From: an uncultured Bacteroidales bacterium
Lineage (GTDB): Bacteria; Bacteroidota; Bacteroidia; Bacteroidales; VadinHA17
Direction of reading: 5' to 3'
Assembly: GCA_963701745.1 (NCBI GenBank)
Contig: CAVPBE010000001.1
Coordinates: 662,183-726,182 of the forward strand
Length of the DNA: 64,000 nucleotides
Below, in pieces: positions 53,776-62,802 of the stretch. Every line of letters starts with the position of its first letter. Within the stretch, counting starts at the first letter, position 1. Below the pieces are notes generated by a model that was not told the DNA's origin, ran no database searches, and worked only from the letters and a program-made list of their open reading frames with translations. Made by a program: the position numbers and the translations under genes.

Positions 53776-54969
53776 TCATCTTAGCACTACTCCACGGCTT
53801 ACCCCTTTTGAGGTAGCCACCCACACCACATCATCGTTTGCATCCGCACCAATAATGAAGTTATGCGAGATTGATGGAGTTTGAGCCACTTCTTTTATTT
53901 CCTTTCCATTGGTTATGATTGCTTTACCGTTTTCGGCGTTTTCATTTTTCTTGTAGGTGACCCAGGTTTCACCGTCGAAAGTGCTGAATCCTTTATCGCT
54001 GCAAACATACACCACCGGACCTTTGGCTTTGAGATTGTTAATGAAATTGCTGGCCAGACCGCTGTCGTGGTCAAAATAACCATTCCAGTTTTTCCCGTCG
54101 TACCTGCTCAGGCCGAAATAGGATGAAACCCATATGATCCCATTAGAATAATAGGTTGCAGTAGTAATATCATGTACCGGGCCATCATTTGGCATGAGGT
54201 CAATTTCCATGAATCCGTCAGGATCGGTATAATCTCTGAACTGTTTGGTTTGGGTATTATATTCAATGACTCCTCCCCCCCAGGCTGCGATCCAAACCTT
54301 ACCTTCACCACCTGAAAGAGCATAGGTCCAAGGTTCATGCATAGGAGCGTTTAACTCAGTGAATATCTCCCATTGTTTAGAATCGGTATCATAACGTCCT
54401 GCTCCACCTCCTGTGGCGACCCATACATCCTTCCCGTAACAGCACACATTGTAAACCAGGTCATTGGGCAAACCGCTGTTAAACTGGTTAAATGTTTCGA
54501 ACTTACCTTCCGACAACCGGCTCAAACCTCCAAGGGTGCCGACCCAGACATCACCGGTTGTCTCACTAACATCAATTGAGACCACCCCGTTATGTGCAAG
54601 GCCATCCTCCGTAGTATAGGTGAGCCATTTCCCATTTTCATAGAGGGCAAGACCGTCATGAGTACCAGCCCATACCCGGTCGCCGTCAATTTTTACCGCA
54701 TATGTCTTATCCGAAGGAAGACCATCCTTGGTTGTAAAATTTTGCCAGTGTCCATACACAGGCATTGCTTTGGCTTCTTTTATCACCGAGGAACTGTTTC
54801 CGGGACCCGGATCAAACTTATCCTGATGATATAAGACTGTTGATTTAAGATTTTCCTTGCTTTCACTCTTCTCTGCATGTGCCGGTTTTCTTAAAAACAA
54901 AATAGCCGCAAGAATAATAACTAGAGGAACAATGGTTATGAAAACAAGTTTTAATGAGTTCTTTTTCAT
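53776..54969 (-). CDS. Exported beta-propeller protein with two-component-regulator-propeller (Reg_prop)-like repeats
   Basis: N-terminal TM/signal, then repeated W..T..DGL....V..I......VW(V/I)(G/A)T units. Confidence 0.65.
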   Translation of the reverse strand: MKKNSLKLVFITIVPLVIILAAILFLRKPAHAEKSESKENLKSTVLYHQDKFDPGPGNSSSVIKEAKAMPVYGHWQNFTTKDGLPSDKTYAVKIDGDRVWAGTHDGLALYENGKWLTYTTEDGLAHNGVVSIDVSETTGDVWVGTLGGLSRLSEGKFETFNQFNSGLPNDLVYNVCCYGKDVWVATGGGAGRYDTDSKQWEIFTELNAPMHEPWTYALSGGEGKVWIAAWGGGVIEYNTQTKQFRDYTDPDGFMEIDLMPNDGPVHDITTATYYSNGIIWVSSYFGLSRYDGKNWNGYFDHDSGLASNFINNLKAKGPVVYVCSDKGFSTFDGETWVTYKKNENAENGKAIITNGKEIKEVAQTPSISHNFIIGADANDDVVWVATSKGVSRGVVLR

Positions 54970-54989
54970 AGATTTTTATTGGATTTAAT

Positions 54990-57035
54990 TTATCGTTTAT
55001 GTCTGAATGAGGCACTTAGAGTTTTAGATCCCTTTGGTTCATATTTCTCATCCCTCAGCGATTTAAGGTATTCTACAAGATCATTAAGTTGTATTTTATT
55101 CAGGTCGTTTAAGGCACCATGTTGTTCTGTCTTGCCATAGATTGTCCATATTTCTTCAAGAGTGGACGCACGGCCATCGTGAAGGTAAGGGGGCGAATAT
55201 ATAATATTATTAAGATGAGGTGTATCGAACAGGATTGAATCGTCTGTAGCAGCCAGAGTACCTACATCTGCCATTTTTTTATTTGTAAAATAGGGAGCCG
55301 GATGGCAGGTTACACAGCGGTTGACCACCGGTATTTCATATCCTCTGCTGTCATGCGTTCTTTCAAAAAGTTCTTTACCCCGTTTCTGGGCCTCAGTAAG
55401 TTCTCCGTTAGGATTATATAACAGATTTGGAGGGTTAGGTATTCCTGTCATTATATAGGCGGTAATAGCATCAAGTTCTTTATAACTGAAAGCCTCGTTT
55501 CTAGTCAGAACTGTCGAAAAGCGCATCCCATCCTGTTTATAAATACTTTGGTTTTTTCCATTCCATTTGTATGGAGGCGTATCACCAATGTTTCTCAGCG
55601 ATTGCGTATTTGTAATGTTGCGACCCATATCTTTCGATGCCATGTTGTAGACGAGCCCGTCTTCATGAGCATCAGGATGACATGTGTAACAGGAATACTG
55701 TTTCTGGAAAGTGTGTCCTGCATTATTAAACAGACGGCGACCTTCACGAGCAACAGTTATCCTGCCTGATCCTCCGAGTTGTATATGTCCAATTGTTTCA
55801 AGACTTTGAGTACTGATTATAGCTATCCTGTCCTCCAGATGTTCAGCAATATATAGTTTTTTCCCGTCCGGCGAAAGCGCCATTCCTTTTGGGTTTGCTC
55901 CTGTGGGAATACGTTTAATCACTATGCTGCTGCTTATGCCGAGGTAATTGGCATATGTATCCAGCATCTTATCAGTCGATTCCGCAATAAGCTTCCTGAC
56001 TGCATCAATATCAACAACTGAGATACAATCAACACCTGCATGGGAAACAAACGCCCTTCTTCCATCGGGAGTTATAGCAATATCAAAAGGATCAGCATAA
56101 TAAGCATTTGGTTCGTCTAGAAGTAACTGTATGGTTCTTCCGGATGGTTTCTGCTCAACAATCCCTATGCCATTTGTCATCATCCATCCCCTTTCTATCT
56201 GTATAGTGGGAACATTGTTCTTCGGCCTGATAAGAGGCATTATCGCCAGGTCGCCCGAAGGAGTAAAGGCAATATTCTCCATCAGATAGGCCTGGTTAAT
56301 GTCCCTGCGTTCAGCAATCCTCTGTTTTTTATCATTCACAACAGTAAGCTCGCACCTTATTGTATCTCCGTATGGTGACGAAAGTGTCCGGCGGCTTGTA
56401 ATAAGCACCATATCATCTGGGCTAATTTGCACACCGGTTGGATTATTCCCCGTTAACAGCCTTTTTCTTTCCATACCTGAGGGAAGGTCAATTATTGACA
56501 GGTCGGATGAAAATGAATTTACTGAATAAAGGGAATTTCCGTCGGGGCTAAGGGCCAGACCGGCTGGTCCTCCCCCTGTAAAGAGAGTATCTGAGACAAC
56601 ATATCTTTCAAGATCAATCACCGACACATTGTTCGACCACTGGTTGCTTACAAAAGCTGTTTTCCCATCCCTGCTCAGGACAACACTGTGCGGACGAACA
56701 CCAACTTCAATCACATTTGCGACTTTATTTTTTTCAGTGTTAACCACAAGCAAGGCATTGCCTTCTTCTGCAACCACATAGAGGTACTTTCCATTAGGGG
56801 ATACTGCCAGATTTAATGGCGAATAATAGTCAGCGTTAACCAACTTTGAAATAATGCCCGATTTCTGAATATGCAGGTGGCACGATGAGCATTTCAGAGG
56901 ATGGTCCTCTGTTGCAGTCAGATGATTGACATGTTCCCTTGCCCAGCGGTGATAAGGAAAATAAATGATAACACCAAGAATTACAAGGATCGCTGCTGGT
57001 ATTAATATTTTTACATTTCTTCCCATACTATTCAA
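54990..57035 (-). CDS. Tri-haem protein: N-terminal CXXCH plus YVTN-type beta-propeller plus C-terminal di-haem cytochrome c peroxidase/MauG-like domain
   Basis: CSSCH (56877-56891), CYTCH and CVTCH motifs. YVTN-like repeats (LYVVAEEGNALLVV, AFVSNQWSNNVSVIDL, LYIAEHLEDRIAII). The C-terminus resembles the CCP family (PPYLHDGRASTLEE). Confidence 0.75.
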   Translation of the reverse strand: MNSMGRNVKILIPAAILVILGVIIYFPYHRWAREHVNHLTATEDHPLKCSSCHLHIQKSGIISKLVNADYYSPLNLAVSPNGKYLYVVAEEGNALLVVNTEKNKVANVIEVGVRPHSVVLSRDGKTAFVSNQWSNNVSVIDLERYVVSDTLFTGGGPAGLALSPDGNSLYSVNSFSSDLSIIDLPSGMERKRLLTGNNPTGVQISPDDMVLITSRRTLSSPYGDTIRCELTVVNDKKQRIAERRDINQAYLMENIAFTPSGDLAIMPLIRPKNNVPTIQIERGWMMTNGIGIVEQKPSGRTIQLLLDEPNAYYADPFDIAITPDGRRAFVSHAGVDCISVVDIDAVRKLIAESTDKMLDTYANYLGISSSIVIKRIPTGANPKGMALSPDGKKLYIAEHLEDRIAIISTQSLETIGHIQLGGSGRITVAREGRRLFNNAGHTFQKQYSCYTCHPDAHEDGLVYNMASKDMGRNITNTQSLRNIGDTPPYKWNGKNQSIYKQDGMRFSTVLTRNEAFSYKELDAITAYIMTGIPNPPNLLYNPNGELTEAQKRGKELFERTHDSRGYEIPVVNRCVTCHPAPYFTNKKMADVGTLAATDDSILFDTPHLNNIIYSPPYLHDGRASTLEEIWTIYGKTEQHGALNDLNKIQLNDLVEYLKSLRDEKYEPKGSKTLSASFRHKR

Positions 57036-58464
57036 GCTCTACTTTCTTCTCTTTAATATCAGTAATATGCACTGGTATGATTACCGGCGATTTTTTTATT
57101 GCAAGTGACACTACATTTTCAGGAACCAGTTCAGGGTTTTCATGACATCCTATACATCCTCGTCTTTCATTTGGACGTAACCATAACCATGAACACGGAC
57201 CGCTGACTACATTACCGTCTTTATCAAGTGTTCTGATACGAAAAGGCACGTCTGCCATAACTTTAAGCTGAAAAGATCCGTCTTCTTCAACCTCAACCAC
57301 TCCATACGTTGTATCAACGCCAAGCACCTCAATCTTAAGGGCTTTTCTTATGGCAGAGGAATTATACACAAGAAACGGGTCTCTGAAATTTATATCCTGG
57401 CACAAAAGCAACCCTGTTTTCACCTGAAGATCCACTTCGCTGGGAAGCTTTTTTGGTCTTTCATATGCTTTGACCTGAACTATATCAAGTATATGATAAT
57501 CAGGATTACTATATACTGCATGCTCAAGGGATCTTTTTTCAGGATTAAAATCATAAAGGGCAAAACGATCTGAATCAGATTTACGGTAGGATACAAGATA
57601 TTTGTCAGAACGGAGAGGAAGTACATTATGAAAATCTCCCTGGATCCCTGATGTCAGATCAGTTTTAGAATGCAATGGCCTGTTATAGCTTACTGAAACC
57701 AATCTGCCCGCGGTCCGGTTATTATCGGATTCAGCAAATACAATTCTGCCATCTGAAGATTCATGAGCACTGCTTGCCAGTATACTGTTCCGCGGACCCA
57801 TATAGAACAAATCAGCTTTGGTGCCATCAGGACGCATAACTACCAGCATAGGATCTCCCTGGACCGGAAATAATTGATTTTTAACTGTAAGCAGCCTTCC
57901 ATCACTTAAAACAGTTGTGGCAAGATTGTCATCAGGGCCAAATGTGATCTGTTTAAGTCCTGAACCATCTGTATTGCAGGTATAGAGGCAATGTGCTGAT
58001 TTAATTGTATCATTTAGTGTCAGCTTGCTGAATACAATACGTCCACCGGGTACATAGGCAGGATCAGTACAGTCTTTACTGCCCGAGGTAACCTGCCTGT
58101 AATTAAGATTCTTAAGGTTCATTTCCCAGATCTGCCATGGATCATTTTCCTTCTGCTGCCCGGCAAAGAGCATGAATCTTCCGTCATACGATATTTCCGG
58201 GAAGCAAGCTGAAAAGAAATCTTCTGTCAGTGGTTTATGTGAACCGGGTCTCCCTGTCTCGATCGAGATGATCCTTGCTCCACTTAAATAACGCAGGGAT
58301 GCTCCACTTGAATAATCAGCAAGCTGAATATTTACAGGAGCTTCTGTAAGGATCAGTTTATTATTATCTGAGGCCTTTTTACTACACGATACTATTATCG
58401 TACAAGTCAGGCTTACTAAAATAATTTCAGTTAAAATAAGTGTCCGCTTTATCATAAAGGACAA
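57028..58464 (-). CDS. Exported TolB/PD40-like beta-propeller lipoprotein with a C-terminal mono-haem CXXCH module (hydrazine-synthase-alpha-middle-domain-like)
   Basis: Lipobox IVSCS, PD40-like repeats (SYDGRFMLFAG, NTDGSGLKQIT, RPDGTKADLFY) and C-terminal WLWLRPNERRGCIGCHE. The domain resemblance is from memory. Confidence 0.6.
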   Translation of the reverse strand: MSFMIKRTLILTEIILVSLTCTIIVSCSKKASDNNKLILTEAPVNIQLADYSSGASLRYLSGARIISIETGRPGSHKPLTEDFFSACFPEISYDGRFMLFAGQQKENDPWQIWEMNLKNLNYRQVTSGSKDCTDPAYVPGGRIVFSKLTLNDTIKSAHCLYTCNTDGSGLKQITFGPDDNLATTVLSDGRLLTVKNQLFPVQGDPMLVVMRPDGTKADLFYMGPRNSILASSAHESSDGRIVFAESDNNRTAGRLVSVSYNRPLHSKTDLTSGIQGDFHNVLPLRSDKYLVSYRKSDSDRFALYDFNPEKRSLEHAVYSNPDYHILDIVQVKAYERPKKLPSEVDLQVKTGLLLCQDINFRDPFLVYNSSAIRKALKIEVLGVDTTYGVVEVEEDGSFQLKVMADVPFRIRTLDKDGNVVSGPCSWLWLRPNERRGCIGCHENPELVPENVVSLAIKKSPVIIPVHITDIKEKKVELE

Positions 58465-58470
58465 GTGGTT

Positions 58471-60141
58471 TTAGGGTTCTTTTACTGCCAGGATCTGATT
58501 GGCTTTAATATTTTCAAGCGTCTGAATTTTTCCCGAGGGCCATGTTATTTCAATCCTTTCAACAATTTCATTCCCGGCCAGTCCGAAATGTATTCTCGGA
58601 TCATTCTGTGAAAGGTAACCGGTCGTGGTTTTTTTCTGTGCAATCTGTGTTTTGCCTCCTGAGGTTATTTTAATCCTTGCGCCTATCCCTTCCCTGTTGC
58701 TTGTGGTACCTTCAAGGGTGAGCATAAGCCAGTTATTCTGGTTCCCCTTGTTGTTCCTGAGAAAAACTGCCCGGCTGTTAAGATTAACTATGAAAATATC
58801 AAGATCGCCATCATTGTCATAATCCCCTATGCATGCACCCCTTCCCACATGTTCCTCGCTGAAATACCTGCCGAGTTCCAGGGAGACATCCTTGAATACT
58901 CCGTTTCCTTCATTCTCAAAAAGCTGGTCTTCCTGGCCATAAAGGTGTTTTAGCGCGCCGTTGGTCTTAAAAATATCCTGATCACCGTCATTATCATAAT
59001 CTAAGAAAGAAGAAGACCATCCGACGAACTGTGCTGCCTGCATTGAGATATTGGATGACACTCCCTTATCCGAAAATATTCCGTTACCCAGATTTTCATA
59101 AAGTGAGCAATAAGTATCATCCGATACAAAAAGGTCGAGCAATCCATCATTATTGTAATCTGCAAAGTCGACCGACATACTAACTGTAGCTTCCCCTGCC
59201 TGGCTGAAGGCAGTCCCCGACATAGTTCCCTTATCGACAAATCCCTTGCCTCCTTCATTGTGCCACAGATAATTCAATGTATGATCGTTTGCAACAAAAA
59301 TATCAATGAACCCGTCCTCGTCATAATCAGCTGCACCAACACCCATCGCCCTTCCATCCATGTCGGTTATTCCCATTTTTAATGTAACATCCTCAAAGGT
59401 ACCGTCTCCGTTGTTATGATAAAGGATATCTTTCTGTGCGTCGTAGGCCATTGGCCCCGGAAATCCGTCCGGTGCATAGTAATACTTGTAATTTGGATCA
59501 AAGGCAAGATAATTTCCCACATAGAGATCGAGAAAGCTGTCATTGTCATAATCTGCCCATACAGCGCCGACACTGCATTCATTTCCGCCTGCAACATTTG
59601 CCCGCTTTGTTACTTCAGTAAATGATCCGTTACGGTTATTTTTCAGGAGGACATTCGGACCATAATTGCTGATAAAAAGATCAGGATAGCCGTCATTATT
59701 GAAATCACCTGCAACCGCACCCATACTATACCATGGTCCGCTCACACCTGCTTTCTTTGTGACATCTTCAAATGTCCCATTGCCCTTGTTCCTGTAAAGG
59801 TGATTTCCAGGCATTTCGGATGGTTTTTCGCTCTTGCTTACACCATCAAGCCAGGTACCACTGCAAACATATATATCAATATATCCATCCTGGTCAAAGT
59901 CAAGGAAAGCAGCGCCGCCACCGTCCGACTGAATAATATTGGTCAGGTCATCATCGCCGATCGAATGCACAAAATCAAGTCCGATCTGCTGACCAATTTC
60001 CTGGTAGAAGTCATCAGTTGCAGCTGTAACAGCAGCATCAGACTGCTTTGCAGATCCTGAGGCAGTCTTGCTTCCCTGACGGCAACCGGTAAAAAGCAAT
60101 ATAACTGACAAGACAATGGGAATAAATGGATTGTTTCGCAT
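58471..60141 (-). CDS. CRTAC1-like FG-GAP/VCBS repeat lipoprotein with ASPIC/UnbV C-terminal domain
   Basis: Lipobox LFTGC, repeated DFDQDGYIDIY/NKGNGTFEDVT units and C-terminal NWLMLTLEG...GYLSQNDPRIHFGLG...IEITWPSG. Confidence 0.85.
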   Translation of the reverse strand: MRNNPFIPIVLSVILLFTGCRQGSKTASGSAKQSDAAVTAATDDFYQEIGQQIGLDFVHSIGDDDLTNIIQSDGGGAAFLDFDQDGYIDIYVCSGTWLDGVSKSEKPSEMPGNHLYRNKGNGTFEDVTKKAGVSGPWYSMGAVAGDFNNDGYPDLFISNYGPNVLLKNNRNGSFTEVTKRANVAGGNECSVGAVWADYDNDSFLDLYVGNYLAFDPNYKYYYAPDGFPGPMAYDAQKDILYHNNGDGTFEDVTLKMGITDMDGRAMGVGAADYDEDGFIDIFVANDHTLNYLWHNEGGKGFVDKGTMSGTAFSQAGEATVSMSVDFADYNNDGLLDLFVSDDTYCSLYENLGNGIFSDKGVSSNISMQAAQFVGWSSSFLDYDNDGDQDIFKTNGALKHLYGQEDQLFENEGNGVFKDVSLELGRYFSEEHVGRGACIGDYDNDGDLDIFIVNLNSRAVFLRNNKGNQNNWLMLTLEGTTSNREGIGARIKITSGGKTQIAQKKTTTGYLSQNDPRIHFGLAGNEIVERIEITWPSGKIQTLENIKANQILAVKEP

Positions 60142-60220
60142 AACAGGTTTAAGATTAAGGGCCCAAATATATCAATATGATCTAAATAAAAACCAAGTGT
60201 AAATTTTGCTTGCACTTGAT

Positions 60221-60290
60221 AATCCCCTAAATCCCCTGAAGGGGACTTGTTAAATAAACTAAATTATACCCCCTTTAGGGGAGGGGGGCA
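60221..60290. repeat. G/C-rich hairpin element (short version of the 43716-43770 hairpin plus a second hairpin)
   Basis: Direct aatcccct x2, then tcccc-tgaa-gggga (60232-60245) ending ggggactt, using the same arms as 43716/43762. This is followed by cccct-tt-agggg (60270-60281) within ataccccctttaggggagggggg. Confidence 0.65.
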
Positions 60291-60388
60291 TATCCGTTCC
60301 TAACCTGTTTACCTTAGAAATTAACCTGCTCAATTTTAGGGAATGCTTGTTAAACAGGAATTAAAAAGAAATTAAAAAAGTATTAATT

Positions 60389-61759
60389 TCATGATGTTGA
60401 TGGGAGCAACAGTGTAATTTTAGTTCCCTTGCCGATAATTGAAGCGATATTTATCGTGCCATTATGATTTTTAATTATCTGATTTACAAGTGAAAGCCCA
60501 ATACCGGTCCCGGGATATGAAATAGAATTGCCACCCCGGTAAAAAGGCTCGAAGATTTTTTTGATATCCTCCTCCGGGATACCAATGCCTCTGTCCTCAA
60601 ATACCACCTTTACCCAATTATCGATACTACCGAACTTTATATCGACCCTATTATCAGAAGAGTACTTACATGCATTTTCAATTATGTTGCTGATGGCTGT
60701 TTTCAGCAGGTATTCATCACCTGCAACGACGATCTGCTCCGAATCGGTCACCGAAATATCAGGTGATATATTGATTTGAAAAGAAGCATTGAATTTTTTC
60801 ATCTCTTCCTGTGCCTGCCAGATTATATCATCTATCCTTAATTTAGTATTGTAACTCGATGGACCTTCTGCACTGGTTCGAGCAATCAGAAGGAGCCTGT
60901 TCGACAGGTCAATCAATGATTTGATGTCTTCAAGTACCGATACAAGTGCACTTTTATATTCGTCAGCCGACCGGTCTTTCATCATCAGGACCTCGATCTG
61001 ACCGTTTATGGAGGTAAGCGGGGTTCTCAATTCATGGGAGGCATTGGCTATAAAATTCTTCTGCATTGCAAAAGAGGTTTCAAGGCGTTCAAGCATCTTA
61101 TTAAATGTTTTGGCCAGCCGTCCGATTTCATCAGTGCCATTGCCTTCAGGCACCCTTAGGTTCAGACTTGTTATTGTAATATCATCGACATTACTTACAA
61201 CATCAGAAATAGGTTTCAGCGCTCTTCCTGAATAAAACCATCCTGCAATAAAAAACGAGATCAGACTAATAAGGCAGACTATTATCAGGATTAACCTGAG
61301 TTTTTTCATGTGTAAAAGGCCGTTTTTATCAATAGCAGCTCCAATAACAACAAATTTGTATAATCCGGTTGTATGAGGGATCCCCACCACTTCAAAGTCG
61401 TCCTGCCTGCGAACCACCTCTTTATCTGCCTTAACCTGTACGATGATGTCATCTATCTCTTGTAGTTTCCAGTATTTGTCTGATATATATAAAGTATCCT
61501 TGTTAAAATTTAGAATCATATATTTTTCTTCCGGTAACCTGGCAGGATATCCGCTTCCGCTTCGAAGAATAAGATTTGCATTATATTCATAACTGTCGAG
61601 CACAAGCTTTGCCACACTCACGGCTCTTGACTGCAGGAGACTGTAAAAGTCATTACGGCGGAAATTAGCAGTGGAATAATAAATTGCAATTGAAGCAATT
61701 AACATGATTAATTCCCCGATGAGGAGAAACTGTAATGTTAATCTGGTCCTGATCTGCAT
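60389..61759 (-). CDS. Sensor histidine kinase (two TM, HAMP, HisKA, HATPase_c)
   Basis: H-box ASHELRTPLTS, N-box IIENACKYS and G-boxes FYRG / GTGIGLSLV. Confidence 0.9.
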   Translation of the reverse strand: MQIRTRLTLQFLLIGELIMLIASIAIYYSTANFRRNDFYSLLQSRAVSVAKLVLDSYEYNANLILRSGSGYPARLPEEKYMILNFNKDTLYISDKYWKLQEIDDIIVQVKADKEVVRRQDDFEVVGIPHTTGLYKFVVIGAAIDKNGLLHMKKLRLILIIVCLISLISFFIAGWFYSGRALKPISDVVSNVDDITITSLNLRVPEGNGTDEIGRLAKTFNKMLERLETSFAMQKNFIANASHELRTPLTSINGQIEVLMMKDRSADEYKSALVSVLEDIKSLIDLSNRLLLIARTSAEGPSSYNTKLRIDDIIWQAQEEMKKFNASFQINISPDISVTDSEQIVVAGDEYLLKTAISNIIENACKYSSDNRVDIKFGSIDNWVKVVFEDRGIGIPEEDIKKIFEPFYRGGNSISYPGTGIGLSLVNQIIKNHNGTINIASIIGKGTKITLLLPSTS

Positions 61760-61765
61760 ACTGCT

Positions 61766-62446
61766 TTAGCTAAGATCTCCAAATATATAACCGAATCCAA
61801 CCTTTGTATGGATCAGCTTTTTGTCAAAACCCTTATCAATTTTCTTACGCAGAAAGTTGACATAAACGTCCACAACGTTAGTGCTGAAGTCAAAACTGGC
61901 ATCCCACACCTTCTCGGCAATATCATTTCTTGAAAGAACCCTGCCGGTATTTCTCATAAAATATTCAAGAAGTGAAAACTCTTTGGCTGTCAGGTCGATT
62001 AATGCATTTCCTCTTCGGACTGCCTTCCTGTCAAGATCAAGTTCCAGATCAGCAACAAAAAGCTTGTTGGCCGTTTCACGGGGTTGATCAGAACTCTTAA
62101 GTAAAACCTTCACTCTGGCGAGCAGTTCCCTGAATTCAAATGGTTTTACAAGGTAATCACTGGTGCCAGCCTCGAATCCGGCAAGCTTATCTTCAGTGGT
62201 TCCAAGAGCAGTAAGCATAAGAACAGGGATTCCAGGGAAAGACATCTTTAACTTTTTGCACAACTCCAGGCCACCTGTACCGGGGATTATAATATCAAGT
62301 ATGAAAAGATCATATTTGTATTGACGTGCGAGTTTCTCTGCAAACACGCTGTCGTAGGCTATATCGGCTTCATACTGACTCTCCTCAAGTCCCTTTTTTA
62401 TGAATGATGCCACTTTGGTTTCATCCTCGACTATCAGGATTTTCAT
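61766..62446 (-). CDS. OmpR/PhoB-family response regulator
   Basis: REC domain (KILIVEDE, DLFILDIIIPG, LMLTALG...K) plus a winged-helix C-terminus (LTAKEFSLLEYFMRN...VGFGY). Confidence 0.9.
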   Translation of the reverse strand: MKILIVEDETKVASFIKKGLEESQYEADIAYDSVFAEKLARQYKYDLFILDIIIPGTGGLELCKKLKMSFPGIPVLMLTALGTTEDKLAGFEAGTSDYLVKPFEFRELLARVKVLLKSSDQPRETANKLFVADLELDLDRKAVRRGNALIDLTAKEFSLLEYFMRNTGRVLSRNDIAEKVWDASFDFSTNVVDVYVNFLRKKIDKGFDKKLIHTKVGFGYIFGDLS

Positions 62447-62802
62447 GGAACTAAAATATAAAGCATTTATACCTTATTATCTATATATCTCTTGTTTGCA
62501 ATATAGCAATTTCCAGTAATTTTTTAATTAGACTTTATGATTAAGTGCTAAGACCTGGCCTGCTTTTTATCATAAGATCATTGATCAGAAATCATAGTAT
62601 TTGAGAATCAATACCTTCAGAAAGAAAATCCCTGGGATATGCCATACTATGCCAAATCTAATTTTACAGTTTTAACATAAATAATTTAAATTTTGTTTTA
62701 ATGTTATTTTAATTTCTCTATATTTGATTTTTTTACTATCAGTTTTAGCCTGATTTTAATAGAAAACAATTTAACTAACCTGTTTAACCAAAACAATTGA
62801 CT

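Noticed and set aside
38000-62500. The accessory region as a mobile genomic island or integrative element.
   Set aside because: The window has no integrase, transposase, conjugation genes, flanking tRNA or long direct repeats. I cannot compute compositional deviation reliably by eye.
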